Source of the DNA: a virus
Strand: one strand, 5' to 3'
Length of the DNA: 64,000 nt
IMG/VR virus record: IMGVR_UViG_3300049216_000067
Below the pieces are notes generated by a model. The model saw only the letters and a list, made by a program, of their open reading frames with translations, did not search any database and was not told the DNA's origin. Within the stretch, counting starts at the first letter, position 1. Every line of letters begins with the position of its first letter. Shown piece after piece: positions 22,272 through 32,629 of the stretch. Position numbers and translations under genes: made by a program.

Positions 22272-23513
22272 TTATTTCCTACGAATATCTTTCAATGATT
22301 TTGGAGTGGTTTCTTCTTTATAAGCTGTCAATCCGATACCACCGCTCGGAACTGCGCCCATCCTGCCGTCAAAATAATCACCAGGTGGTCTTGCACCTTT
22401 CGCTGGACGATCTTTACGATACTTCACACCTTTGGCTTGGGTCTGAGTTACTTTAATTTCTTGATTGCTTTCACTGACTGGTTTAGCACACTTACAGATA
22501 GCAGCATTAGCTTTGGTTGGCTTGCCAGCTTTCTCTGATTCGTCATTATGGCAAGCTTGAAGCGCACTATGTGCGTCACCTTCATGCTCCCAAACTGTTC
22601 TATGCTTTCCTTCTTTTGCTGCTGGGCAACCTAATTTGTGTACACGGTATGAACAGTTGTTGTGGCTAAAAGTAATAAGATGTTTCTCGGCACTTTCAAC
22701 TACCTCACGAGAGGTTGCTTTGTTTCCTGGTACAGCGATACCACCCTTATACTTGTCGCCCTGAGAAACACCTTTCTTGTCTTTCTTCTGGGCAATCATG
22801 TCTACAATTGTTGGAAACTCTTTTTCAAATAAAATATCAACATCTTCACGAATATTAGATGTATCGTTTTGACCTTCTAATGGGACAGGTTTCTTCTTTC
22901 GTAGAACGTTGAATGATCCGTCTTTGACTCGTTCATAGCCAGCTGGAACGTCATGGCCACCCTTAGGTTCACCACCAACTGGCTTAGGTACTTTTGGGGA
23001 ACGGATACCCATTACCGGCTTTTCAAAATACCCTTCAACCAACGTATTCAATTCTTGGAGCCAAGAAACAATTTGCGCCTGAGTTTCTTCATTGGCTTTT
23101 ACAAAATCGTTAGAATTATCGAATAGGAAGAACCCTTCTCCGAATAGATCCTTAAACTCGTGCATTGACTTGATGGATTCTTCGTACCTGGATGCACGAC
23201 GAGATTCGAGGATGTTTCCTGAACGTAGGAAAGATGCTTGATTGTCTGTGTATACGAAGACCATGGCAGTCTGATAGCCCATCGCTTCAAGGACTGCTTT
23301 TGATGTATGAACGTGAGTATAAGATTCAGCCGTGCCATTAACGATCAACGGTCTACCATCTATAGTTTCAACGTTTTTGTTATGGGCGATTGCGTCAATG
23401 AGTTTCGCTAAAGGAAACTCTGTGGCACCAGACTCTTTAAGAGCCGTGCGTAATAGGAAATCCTTACCGGAACCAGGACCGCCTACTAGAAATACTGCAT
23501 TATAATTTTCCAT
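22272..23513 (-). CDS. P-loop kinase-like domain protein with long C-terminal extension
   Basis: AVFLVGGPGSGKD Walker A. Confidence 0.7.
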   Translation of the reverse strand: MENYNAVFLVGGPGSGKDFLLRTALKESGATEFPLAKLIDAIAHNKNVETIDGRPLIVNGTAESYTHVHTSKAVLEAMGYQTAMVFVYTDNQASFLRSGNILESRRASRYEESIKSMHEFKDLFGEGFFLFDNSNDFVKANEETQAQIVSWLQELNTLVEGYFEKPVMGIRSPKVPKPVGGEPKGGHDVPAGYERVKDGSFNVLRKKKPVPLEGQNDTSNIREDVDILFEKEFPTIVDMIAQKKDKKGVSQGDKYKGGIAVPGNKATSREVVESAEKHLITFSHNNCSYRVHKLGCPAAKEGKHRTVWEHEGDAHSALQACHNDESEKAGKPTKANAAICKCAKPVSESNQEIKVTQTQAKGVKYRKDRPAKGARPPGDYFDGRMGAVPSGGIGLTAYKEETTPKSLKDIRRK

Positions 23514-23596
23514 GCTTCCTACTCTGTGAAGAAGTGCCGGGAGATTACAAGTTTCCCGGCTAATTTTGTTATTGTCTTTTAGTTATCGTTATTCGA

Positions 23597-23776
23597 TTAA
23601 AGCTTTGAGACGACAGTGTTTGCAACTGCCTTTTCTGCATCGGTTGCTGCTGCCTTAACGTCAGCTTCAACACCAGCAACAACTGTTGCTCCAGTTACTA
23701 CCTTACCTGACTTCCATAGCTTGTAAGCTACAACAGCGGCTAGGACCAAAACACCTGTAATTATTAAACCTAACAT
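23597..23776 (-). CDS. 59-aa membrane-anchored protein (not in ORF track)
   Basis: MLGLIITGVLVLAAVVAYKLW...; AAGGA RBS and late promoter. Confidence 0.6.
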   Translation of the reverse strand: MLGLIITGVLVLAAVVAYKLWKSGKVVTGATVVAGVEADVKAAATDAEKAVANTVVSKL

Positions 23777-23804
23777 GTTAATTTCCTTTTGTTATTAACT
23801 AACG

Positions 23805-23812
23805 TATTTATA
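23805..23812 (-). promoter_or_regulatory. T4-type late promoter TATAAATA
   Basis: Exact consensus, intergenic. Confidence 0.75.
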
Positions 23813-23826
23813 CTATTAAAATATGA

Positions 23827-24036
23827 TCAAGAACGTATGCTGACACTATTGGCTGAGTTTTCAGATTGGATCATTTTGATGATAGTTTCAGTTAGCTGAA
23901 GATCCCTACGGATATACTCCAGTTTTGTTTCCAACTCTTCTTTTTTCTTAAGGTACATAGCTAACTCCTTCAACTGGCGTTCGCGTTGTTCTTTAACATC
24001 CGAAAGAAGAATGATTCTAGATTTCTCTGTTTCCAT
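23827..24036 (-). CDS. Hypothetical coiled-coil protein
   Basis: ORF. Confidence 0.55.
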   Translation of the reverse strand: METEKSRIILLSDVKEQRERQLKELAMYLKKKEELETKLEYIRRDLQLTETIIKMIQSENSANSVSIRS

Positions 24037-24044
24037 CCTTTGAT

Positions 24045-25466
24045 TTATACAATTTCTCCAGTCTCAGTATCAACATCTTGATTGTTACCTATATTCTTAA
24101 ACTTGTCCCACATGCTGCCACCCGTTCTAGTTGGTGTAACCTGCTGGTAACCAATGTCTTGGTTGAGTGTCTGACCAGAATCTTCAATGTCGTAAAGCTT
24201 CATCTTTCCATAGTTAACACCAACTAAGAAACGTTGATTTTCATTCACATCAGTAGATCGACTTGCCAGCTTCTTGACTGCTAATTGGTTTTGAGCACGA
24301 AGTTGATCATTTGTTGTGACTACCCATAATTCATCCACAGTGGCCGGTAGACCAAACGATTCAGAAGTAGCATCCATGTCAGGGTCACTGTCTTTAAAGC
24401 CAGCACGAGTGATCTGAGTCGCGCTAACGATAGGACATTTGATTTCACCGGCAAGACCACGCAATTCTTCAGCTATGCTCTTAACGTAGGTATAACTGTT
24501 TACGTTGTTTCCTGGTTTGTAACGTGAAGAAGTACAAATGTTCAAATAATCGACAAAAATCACATGTGGCCTAAATTGTTTCTTAAGAAGAAGTTCGTTC
24601 AACAAAGCACGGAAATGATTCACGTTAGCTGTTGCGGTTGGATACTCTTTAACAATCAATCTACCTTTAATAGTTTCCCTCATACTAGCTATTTTACGAT
24701 CATAGTTTTCTTTAGGAAGATCCACAAGATTCTTAATTGTAATATCAAGAAGGTTAGCATCGATTCGCTGTGATATTTTTTCTTCAGCCATTTCCAATGT
24801 AATGTACAAAACATTGTATCCCTGCTCAAGGTAACCGGCTGCGAAGTCACACATGATCAATGATTTGCCAACTTTAGGCCCAGCTAAAATGACATTCAAA
24901 GTCTTAGATTCTAAGCCGCCACCCGTAGCAAGATTGAATTTTTTGTTTGAAAGAGGAAGCTTTGTATTTTTACGATGATAGTATTCGTAACGTTCATCAG
25001 CATCCTCAATGTAATCATGACCAACATTTGGGTCAAAGCTGACAGCAAGTGCATCAGTCAATAATTGAGGAATACTACCTTTGTCTTTTTTGCTCTTGCC
25101 ACCCATGATCTGAATAGATTCATGAATAGCATTATGGAGTGCTTTCTCCTGACAAAACTTTTCCGTTTCGAAATCTAACCAACCTATATCGTCTTGTATT
25201 TCATTTTTAGAAATATTGTCTAGAAGTAACTCTACCTGTTCGATATCACTTTCAAAGATATCGGTACGGTGATTGATAGCAATCCAAAGAGCATCCGTTG
25301 ACGGAGGCATCTTGTATTTTTCAACGTGGTTTGCTAATTCGGTGAATATAATTTGTTCGGCGCGAGACTCGTTAAAATACTCAACTTTCAGATACGGTAG
25401 GGCCTTTCTTAGAAACGGTTCGTTCTTCAATAGGTTCCTCAAAATACACACTTCCATCCGTATCAT
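24045..25466 (-). CDS. gp41: Replicative DNA helicase
   Basis: LAGPKVGKS, LYITLEM, VKEYPT, SESFGLPAT. Confidence 0.95.
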   Translation of the reverse strand: MIRMEVCILRNLLKNEPFLRKALPYLKVEYFNESRAEQIIFTELANHVEKYKMPPSTDALWIAINHRTDIFESDIEQVELLLDNISKNEIQDDIGWLDFETEKFCQEKALHNAIHESIQIMGGKSKKDKGSIPQLLTDALAVSFDPNVGHDYIEDADERYEYYHRKNTKLPLSNKKFNLATGGGLESKTLNVILAGPKVGKSLIMCDFAAGYLEQGYNVLYITLEMAEEKISQRIDANLLDITIKNLVDLPKENYDRKIASMRETIKGRLIVKEYPTATANVNHFRALLNELLLKKQFRPHVIFVDYLNICTSSRYKPGNNVNSYTYVKSIAEELRGLAGEIKCPIVSATQITRAGFKDSDPDMDATSESFGLPATVDELWVVTTNDQLRAQNQLAVKKLASRSTDVNENQRFLVGVNYGKMKLYDIEDSGQTLNQDIGYQQVTPTRTGGSMWDKFKNIGNNQDVDTETGEIV

Positions 25467-25812
25467 CGCTCAATACCTCTTTCTTCAAATCATTAAAATT
25501 GGTTTGTGCATCTGCAATACAGATGAACAAAATCTCACCCACTAACTTGGAAAACTCTTCACCGTAATAAGAAGCGTGCGTACCAGGAATCTTTTTGATT
25601 ATTTCGTGATCGAATTTGGTCTTACCGTAATCATCCAGGACTTTAATGTCCTTTACAGTGAAGACTGTTCCCTTGTACGCACCTTCTAAAACCTCTATTG
25701 GAAGCAATCCATTATACTCGTCGGCAATCCTAAAGAACTTATCTTTTTCATATTTCTTTAGCTTTAAAATAATGAGGATGTCTTCTAATTTCTTATGAAG
25801 ATATCTTTTCAT
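25381..25812 (-). CDS. gp40-like protein
   Basis: Position between uvsX and gp41 as in T4; weak sequence resemblance. Confidence 0.5.
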   Translation of the reverse strand: MKRYLHKKLEDILIILKLKKYEKDKFFRIADEYNGLLPIEVLEGAYKGTVFTVKDIKVLDDYGKTKFDHEIIKKIPGTHASYYGEEFSKLVGEILFICIADAQTNFNDLKKEVLSDDTDGSVYFEEPIEERTVSKKGPTVSES

Positions 25813-26903
25813 TATTCGTCTCCATCCTCAATATTAAGATCCTCATAGCCTTGATACATTGAATCGCCAGTCAAAGCGTATGTGTCTTTGATCCAATCTT
25901 TGAATTTTTGATCATTCAAAATAGGTGTCCAAAACTCTGCGCAATTCATGTCTGCTTTGCGCCATAGCTTATCTTCAACTTCACCGGTCTCCATGTCTAC
26001 ACGCGAATACCAACCAGGCTTAGGTTTAGTTACATGACCTGATTCAATAGCAAGATCTTTTAGTCCAGAAAATTGGCTGATGCCACCGTCGAAACGTACT
26101 TCAATTGGAATCTTAGATTTTTCTTTGACGAATCTAGACTTCTCAACATTGATAATAAAATCGTAACCAAGAATTTCAGTTTCACCTTGTTCTTTTTCTT
26201 GTTGACGACCAATGATGAATGCACTATCTGCGGAATACAAAGGTCCAGTACCACCACTAATAATGGCCTTCGGGTACATTCCTTGTTCCATGTAGATATG
26301 CATTACTACATGCATTGGAATATCTTTAAGATTCAAATGTGGGGTAACCATACGGAACAAAGATTTGATTTGTTTAGCGCGAGTCATGTCGGTGACTGAC
26401 TTCTGGGCTAATGCATCTTCTACTTCTTTCTTAGAAGCTAGATTACCAACAGAATCTATAGCAATGAATAATTTGTCGCCACGTTCCACTTCCTGAAGTT
26501 GAGCCATGATATCAAACTTCAATTGCTCAACATCTGTAAGCGGACTATGAACAACACGAGACATATCTATACCAAATGCATCAAAATATGTTTTACCCGT
26601 TCCAAATTCGGAATCGTAAAACAAACATACACCATCTGGATATTTTTCTTGATAAGCCTTAACCATCATTAAAAGAAATGCCGTCTTAAAATGTTTAGAT
26701 GGACCGGCCCAAAGAGTCAAACCTGGTGAGATACCACCATTAAGATCTGCTGATAGTGCCACATTAAGAATAGGAATTTCTGTTTTGATTTGATCTTTCT
26801 TATCGAAGAACTTTGAGTCAGACAGAATGGCTGATTCTTTGATTGTTGAATTCTTCTTGATTTTGTCTAGGAGTTTGTTTGGTTTATTTTGCTTGTTTTC
26901 CAT
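25812..26903 (-). CDS. uvsX: RecA-like recombinase
   Basis: AGPSKHFKT, FYDSEFG, DSVGNLASKKE. Confidence 0.95.
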   Translation of the reverse strand: MENKQNKPNKLLDKIKKNSTIKESAILSDSKFFDKKDQIKTEIPILNVALSADLNGGISPGLTLWAGPSKHFKTAFLLMMVKAYQEKYPDGVCLFYDSEFGTGKTYFDAFGIDMSRVVHSPLTDVEQLKFDIMAQLQEVERGDKLFIAIDSVGNLASKKEVEDALAQKSVTDMTRAKQIKSLFRMVTPHLNLKDIPMHVVMHIYMEQGMYPKAIISGGTGPLYSADSAFIIGRQQEKEQGETEILGYDFIINVEKSRFVKEKSKIPIEVRFDGGISQFSGLKDLAIESGHVTKPKPGWYSRVDMETGEVEDKLWRKADMNCAEFWTPILNDQKFKDWIKDTYALTGDSMYQGYEDLNIEDGDE

Positions 26904-26907
26904 AGTC

Positions 26908-26952
26908 GTTCCTTCTAATAAGAAGGAACATTATAGCAAAAATATGGTTAAT
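26908..26952 (-). promoter_or_regulatory. uvsX promoter ATTAA-N12-TATAAT plus SD-sequestering hairpin
   Basis: GTTCCTTCT-TATT-AGAAGGAAC upstream of ATG. Confidence 0.65.
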
Positions 26953-26955
26953 ACT

Positions 26956-29601
26956 CTACTGGAACAGATGCTCTAAAGATCCTCTTTCCTCTAGTTCCCA
27001 CCCAATGGCCTCAGTGACACGTTCTATTTGCACAAGATAATTCTTATTGAACATTGCTTCATAATCAATACTATCGTCCACTTCAAACTCTTTAGGAATC
27101 ACTGTCGTAAACGACACGACATCGGATTGAAGCTTGTTGGGTTCTTTCAAGTAAACGTACTTAAGTTTTTCACCTTCTTTAATAGATTGGTACTTTCTCG
27201 TAAGATCTTTCCTGATTAACCAACGATTAAAGACGATAGCTCCCTTCACATGTGCTGGGGTCTTATTTCGAAAAATAATTTCGGTACTGTTGGAGCCATC
27301 ATATTTCTCTAATCCGTGCATGCCCAATGGTGCAGCAATATCTTGTACCGGAAGGTTAAAGAATTCCTTACGAAACTTCTCATTGAAATCACGAAGTTCT
27401 TTAATAGTTCCACCATTAATAATAAGTTCGAAAGCTTCTTTTGCTGCCTTACGACAAGCACCTGGAGTAGATGACTTGATAGCTGCCATGCCGGTAATCT
27501 TAAGCTTTGGCTTGGCGTACTGCACACCCTCCATGTTGTAAATGTTCAACATGTAATGCTTCTTCTTGACCCAGATGGCGCGATCTACCAAAGCTTCACG
27601 CTTCATTTCTAGCTTCTGTTCGTAAGCATTGGTATAGTCAGCTAGTTCCTGGCAAAAAGCCTTCACCTGAGGCGCTATAACCTTCTCGCAGACCTTATCC
27701 AAGTGTTCTATGACCTTTCCCGGCCCCATAGCTTTCTGCTGCTCAGGCGTGTACGCAGCGTCTACAATCGCCTTAAAGGTGACATAGACCGAATCGGTAT
27801 CACTAGCAATGACATAGTCACCATTGGTCTGACCTGTACGGTTATTAATAAACTCATTAAGTCTCTTCTGAATGAACTGAACAGATAGACGAGCAGATGT
27901 AGTGATGGCTTCAGCCAAACGAACATCAAAGAATCGGAAGTATTGATTTCCAACGGCACCGAAAGCTGAGTTCAACTGAATCTTCTTGGAAGCCTGAAGG
28001 TTGTTATACTTTGTGATCAAAGCTTCAATCTTCAATCTTTCCTCAGGGTCGGTAGTCTTTTCAAGAAGCTTTTTCTGCTCAGTCATTTTCTTCTTGTAAG
28101 CAGCACGATCTTTGTACATTCGGTCCATGATATCCGGCAAGAATCCACGAACATTCGTCCTAAAGAACTGACCATTAGGCGTCAACGTGACTTTCTCGTC
28201 TTTAAGAATATTAGTGTCGTAGATCTTTTCTAGCATACACTCGATATTGTCGGTATTTTTACCAAAGTTACATTTTTCAAACCATGCCAATAGAAGATCA
28301 CTGAACTCTTCAGGATGAAGCAATGTTTCAGGAGAGATATTAAACATCATGATCAAATGAGGATAAAGGCTAGTAAAGTCGAATGAAGCGAGCCAATGGT
28401 ACATACCGGCTTTAGGCTCTTTAACGTAACCACCTATGAACTGTTCGCTCTTAGGATTCTCCTTCTTGGGAGGCATCATGATACCTTTGCGCTTAAGTTC
28501 GTTCATGACAATCGTATCCCACATACGAACCTGTGAGAACACATCCTCGAAGTTGACGCGAGCATCGTAAGCGAGAGTCACAATCTGTTCGATCAAAGCA
28601 TTCTTTGCTTCGATCTTCATAACCAATTCAACGTCACCAATGTTGTAATCGATGAACTTTTGATAATTCTTAACAAATAGGCTGTACAAATCTTCGTATT
28701 CAGAATAGTCGATCTTTTTTGATCCGACTTCCACGCTACCAATATAATCTAACTTGTATGACTCTTGACTTGGGTTTGCAGAAAACTTGATGTACAAATC
28801 AATGTAATCAATCATAGCGACACCGGAAATCTCGTGATAACAGATTTCGTCTGTGCCAACTCTAACATTGCGTTTTCTGACCCAACCCCACGGTGATAAT
28901 TGCTTGATTAAATCCTCACCATCGGAACCCATGAATAATCGTTCCATACGATTGATCATGTAAGTAAAGTCGAACCCTGCACTGGGATTACCCATACGCA
29001 ATGAACGACAAGCATTCCATCCAGTAACAATGTCCGGATAATGCTTCTTCCATAGCTCCATGAACTTACGAATTAGATCTTTTTCATCTGCGCAATGAGT
29101 GTAAATGACATCTTCACGAGTTGTCGTAAACATTTGATCTGAACCGTTACCATAACCAAACACATAGAACTTACCGGCAACATGGATAGTGATGGCTGTT
29201 ATAGGCTCATTGGCCTGTTCAGGCTTAGGAAATCCATTTTGAGAACCAACCTCAATATCGATATAGGCTACGACAATGTCAGAGAACTTAAACTCAATGT
29301 CATTAGTGTAAAAATCAGAAATGAAAGAGTATTCATGACGATTATCACCATACAATTTGAATCCAGGAATGTGCTGATACTTTTTCCTAAACTCTTTGTG
29401 TGCGTTGATATCTTCAAAAGATACCTCGTCTAGTGGTTGACCAGAAAGGGTCTTGTACGGTGACTGATAGTTCTTAGAAACCGTATATAGACGAGGTTGA
29501 TATGGAAGGCGCTTCCTTACGCGCTTCCCATCCACGACACCACGGAATAGAACATTATTCCCGTAGTGCTGGACGTTTGTATAGAAATTTGTAGACTTCA
29601 T
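26956..29601 (-). CDS. gp43: Family B DNA polymerase
   Basis: DIEV exo, SFDFTSLYP, KIQLNSAFG, SDTDS. Confidence 0.97.
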   Translation of the reverse strand: MKSTNFYTNVQHYGNNVLFRGVVDGKRVRKRLPYQPRLYTVSKNYQSPYKTLSGQPLDEVSFEDINAHKEFRKKYQHIPGFKLYGDNRHEYSFISDFYTNDIEFKFSDIVVAYIDIEVGSQNGFPKPEQANEPITAITIHVAGKFYVFGYGNGSDQMFTTTREDVIYTHCADEKDLIRKFMELWKKHYPDIVTGWNACRSLRMGNPSAGFDFTYMINRMERLFMGSDGEDLIKQLSPWGWVRKRNVRVGTDEICYHEISGVAMIDYIDLYIKFSANPSQESYKLDYIGSVEVGSKKIDYSEYEDLYSLFVKNYQKFIDYNIGDVELVMKIEAKNALIEQIVTLAYDARVNFEDVFSQVRMWDTIVMNELKRKGIMMPPKKENPKSEQFIGGYVKEPKAGMYHWLASFDFTSLYPHLIMMFNISPETLLHPEEFSDLLLAWFEKCNFGKNTDNIECMLEKIYDTNILKDEKVTLTPNGQFFRTNVRGFLPDIMDRMYKDRAAYKKKMTEQKKLLEKTTDPEERLKIEALITKYNNLQASKKIQLNSAFGAVGNQYFRFFDVRLAEAITTSARLSVQFIQKRLNEFINNRTGQTNGDYVIASDTDSVYVTFKAIVDAAYTPEQQKAMGPGKVIEHLDKVCEKVIAPQVKAFCQELADYTNAYEQKLEMKREALVDRAIWVKKKHYMLNIYNMEGVQYAKPKLKITGMAAIKSSTPGACRKAAKEAFELIINGGTIKELRDFNEKFRKEFFNLPVQDIAAPLGMHGLEKYDGSNSTEIIFRNKTPAHVKGAIVFNRWLIRKDLTRKYQSIKEGEKLKYVYLKEPNKLQSDVVSFTTVIPKEFEVDDSIDYEAMFNKNYLVQIERVTEAIGWELEERGSLEHLFQ

Positions 29602-29873
29602 TAAGTAGCTGAAACTGCTGCCGTTGTGTTAGCAATATCTTCCTTCAATTCAGCAACCACTTCTCTTGCTAGACGTTGAAGCTTGAAACCCTTGTGATGA
29701 CCATGAGCGTCAATAAAAAGCATGCGTAGAGCACGCTCATATCCTTCTGGGCCTGCGCCCTTAAACATCTGACGTTGCTCTTTGTTATAAGTCGATAGCG
29801 GTGACTTGCTCAAAGAAATAAACCTTCCCAAATTACGTGGAAGTGTGCTGTTGAAGCTCGACCTGTTCGCCAT
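29601..29873 (-). CDS. Hypothetical protein
   Basis: ORF with GGAG RBS. Confidence 0.55.
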   Translation of the reverse strand: MANRSSFNSTLPRNLGRFISLSKSPLSTYNKEQRQMFKGAGPEGYERALRMLFIDAHGHHKGFKLQRLAREVVAELKEDIANTTAAVSAT

Positions 29874-30597
29874 TTTTATCTCCATCATTTAGTAGTTGAT
29901 CACATTTACGCATAAATCTTTCTGGTTGACCCTGTAGACGAACCTGGAAGTTATGCCAGAAAGTCTCTTCACCTGTCACAGGATCACCAAACGTCGTACC
30001 CAAACCGTATCGCGGCATTCCATCAGCAAGTGCCCATCCAGTAGGTGCCTCATCTGGCGCTGCCTCAAACTTGAGTGGCATGTACTTAATAACCTTGATT
30101 CCCTTTTTTTCTGAAATCCAGGTGTATTCTTCACCCACATCAGACCTTGATGTTTCCAGAGCAGAAGGTTTACCGATAGTCAAAAAAGTAGACGTACTGA
30201 TTGCCATTGCACTGGGTGCGACAAAAGTATGTTGACCGTTTTGAATATGGTTGGTTCTTTGAATATTACCAACGATAGCTCCATTATAGGCTTGCTCCAC
30301 ATAAAGATCAATGGCTTTATCGTTTAATGGAACAGCGTCAATATCCAAGAAAAACATTACATCGAAATCATACTTCTTGGCGATTCGACCAGCAAACTCT
30401 GGGCGTACATCTACACCGTTCATATGCCATGCACAATCCATAGAAATACCGTGACGTAATGTTGTCATCAACTGAAAAAATTGGTGACCGCTTTTATTAT
30501 ATTTTTCTACAACGGCTCGCTGTCTTTGAACAGCTTCCATTGGAATATTGTTCATAAAAAATGAGAAGATGCCAGCTTTGATCATTATTTTCTCCAA
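29833..30597 (-). CDS. Glycosyltransferase-like protein (GT-A)
   Basis: FFLDIDAVP DxD motif, SDVGE. Confidence 0.6.
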   Translation of the reverse strand: MEKIMIKAGIFSFFMNNIPMEAVQRQRAVVEKYNKSGHQFFQLMTTLRHGISMDCAWHMNGVDVRPEFAGRIAKKYDFDVMFFLDIDAVPLNDKAIDLYVEQAYNGAIVGNIQRTNHIQNGQHTFVAPSAMAISTSTFLTIGKPSALETSRSDVGEEYTWISEKKGIKVIKYMPLKFEAAPDEAPTGWALADGMPRYGLGTTFGDPVTGEETFWHNFQVRLQGQPERFMRKCDQLLNDGDKNGEQVELQQHTST

Positions 30598-31358
30598 GGA
30601 AATCCATTTGGGTAACGTTGCTGCATAATTTCGTTACCGCGAGCAAAGAACTCACCAGAAACAGAAAGATTAGTACTATCGACAGTATAATTCACCGTGT
30701 ACTTACCTGTACCAACACCTTTAGTAGCCTGATTCAAAACATGAACCAACGCACGATCAACTTCTGGCACTCCTGGTTCACGAGCTTTACGGTGCCAAAT
30801 AGGTGAAACATAAACAGCAAGTTTCTTTTGAATAAAATAACAATTCACATCGACCAGACGATCATTTGCATTGATGACTGTTGGATAATCTGGACCTAAA
30901 CTTTCACAATCATCATTACAAAGAATAACACCATTTTTGTCTACGATCTTGCGTAACGAATAAGCCCAACCAGTTTGATTTTTATGAATAGCTTCTAAAC
31001 AATCGTTTATATGATATTCATCAATAGTATTATCATCATCTAAGAACATCACATATTCACCGTCAGCCAGATATGTTCCGGCTGCGTACATACGGTGGCC
31101 ATTCCAACGGTCTTGACCTACAGAGAAAGGTAACTCAATTAATTCCACATCTTTATATAAAGAATATTTGTCACGACCACTAATCATGTCATAAGGAATG
31201 TGTTGAAATAATTTCTTACTAGATTCCGGTCCATCAGCAAAAATAAGATGCTGAATCTTAGCCACACTGGGGCCAGTTTGTTTTGCTACAGACTCAATAC
31301 AATTGATAATTGATTCACGGCCCGTTGAGGCAGTAATAACAGTTACTTGTGTATACAT
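30585..31358 (-). CDS. Glycosyltransferase family 2
   Basis: VTVIT..GR, SVAKQT, YVMFLDDDN. Confidence 0.85.
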   Translation of the reverse strand: MYTQVTVITASTGRESIINCIESVAKQTGPSVAKIQHLIFADGPESSKKLFQHIPYDMISGRDKYSLYKDVELIELPFSVGQDRWNGHRMYAAGTYLADGEYVMFLDDDNTIDEYHINDCLEAIHKNQTGWAYSLRKIVDKNGVILCNDDCESLGPDYPTVINANDRLVDVNCYFIQKKLAVYVSPIWHRKAREPGVPEVDRALVHVLNQATKGVGTGKYTVNYTVDSTNLSVSGEFFARGNEIMQQRYPNGFPWRK

Positions 31359-31471
31359 TACGATTTACCACGAATAGAACGCTGATGCGCTGCCCATCTC
31401 TTCAAACGCTTTTTAGATCCACGCTTAGCTCGGCCTTTTCCACGCTTGTTCAACCCAGTCCCACTGCTCAT
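31358..31471 (-). CDS. 37-aa highly basic peptide (not in ORF track)
   Basis: AAGGAG RBS; MSSGTGLNKRGKGRAKRGSKKRLKRWAAHQRSIRGKS; TAATG coupling to next gene. Confidence 0.6.
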   Translation of the reverse strand: MSSGTGLNKRGKGRAKRGSKKRLKRWAAHQRSIRGKS

Positions 31472-31700
31472 TGTAAAACTCCTTCCTATACCAACAGTCC
31501 CAGAGTTTTTCTGGAACAGCATTTAAAATAAATTCACCACTAGTAGCCAATGAGGGACCGTATCTCAATGGATATACATTATACGGTTCACACTCATATT
31601 TAAAGCCATTGTCGGTGAGTTCAGTAACCTTAATCCACCCAGGTGGTGTGCCTGTTTTGGAAACAAACTTATCACCGACTTTTACATTATCAAATATCAT
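31425..31700 (-). CDS. Hypothetical protein
   Basis: ORF. Confidence 0.55.
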   Translation of the reverse strand: MIFDNVKVGDKFVSKTGTPPGWIKVTELTDNGFKYECEPYNVYPLRYGPSLATSGEFILNAVPEKLWDCWYRKEFYNEQWDWVEQAWKRPS

Positions 31701-32629
31701 TATTTACCCTTATAAGTTCCATCTAGAACGGCTACTCGGATAGTTTCATCAAAATTCACATTCTTCGTATTCATTGCAGACTTCATCATTGTGACCGTTT
31801 CACTTACAGTGTTGTATCCAGAACTAAATGATGCACCGGTTGCAGACAAACTCATTGAGCGACCACGAGTTATTCCATATGAACCACCTGTCTTAATAGC
31901 ATCTTGGTTTGCACCCAAGAACAAGAAATCCCAATTGTAAGTATCTGTTTGTTCTTTGATCTTAGCTGTAATTTGCTCGTGGTTATAAGTTCCACTAGAA
32001 TTTTCTTCACCATCTGTAAGAATAACAAAAATTACTTTTTCAGGACGTTCGTTTTCAGGCATTGCTGCCAAACGTCTACCGGTTTCATCAATTGCATGAC
32101 CAATTGCATCAAGCAACGGTGTGTTCGTATCACAAAAATAATTGCTTGTAGAAAGGTTTGGTATTTCCTTCAAATCCAAAAATTCATAAGTTGGCATCAC
32201 TGTAACTGGTCTAATCACTGTTGGTGACAAATTCAAAATGCTCGATACATTAACTGAAGATGATGCAATAGAAGCTGGACCAGATATCATTCCTTCTGTA
32301 GTAGTAGCAACACCAATACTTACAGATTGAGGTTGTGCAGAACCGGCTGCTGTACTAGTTGCAGTAAAAATAGAAAAAGAATTAGCTTGACCAGTTGGCA
32401 TAGGACTAGAAGGAGTCGTAACAGGAACAGCATTCAGTATTCCACATCTCCATACGTTATTTCTGTTAGTTTCACCGCTGAATTGGTAAAGAGAAAACGT
32501 CATCTTACCTGGATCTTCCTTCTGTTTTTCAAGAAAGGTATTAAATCCACCAATGGTGTCATTTCGTAAATGCGCCATGGAACCAGAATTGTCCAAAACA
32601 AAAGAAACGTGTGTGTAATTCTTATTCAT
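31700..32629 (-). CDS. vWA-domain protein with Ser/Thr-rich insertion
   Basis: DNSGSM, TPLLDAIG, ILTDGEENSS. Confidence 0.85.
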   Translation of the reverse strand: MNKNYTHVSFVLDNSGSMAHLRNDTIGGFNTFLEKQKEDPGKMTFSLYQFSGETNRNNVWRCGILNAVPVTTPSSPMPTGQANSFSIFTATSTAAGSAQPQSVSIGVATTTEGMISGPASIASSSVNVSSILNLSPTVIRPVTVMPTYEFLDLKEIPNLSTSNYFCDTNTPLLDAIGHAIDETGRRLAAMPENERPEKVIFVILTDGEENSSGTYNHEQITAKIKEQTDTYNWDFLFLGANQDAIKTGGSYGITRGRSMSLSATGASFSSGYNTVSETVTMMKSAMNTKNVNFDETIRVAVLDGTYKGK

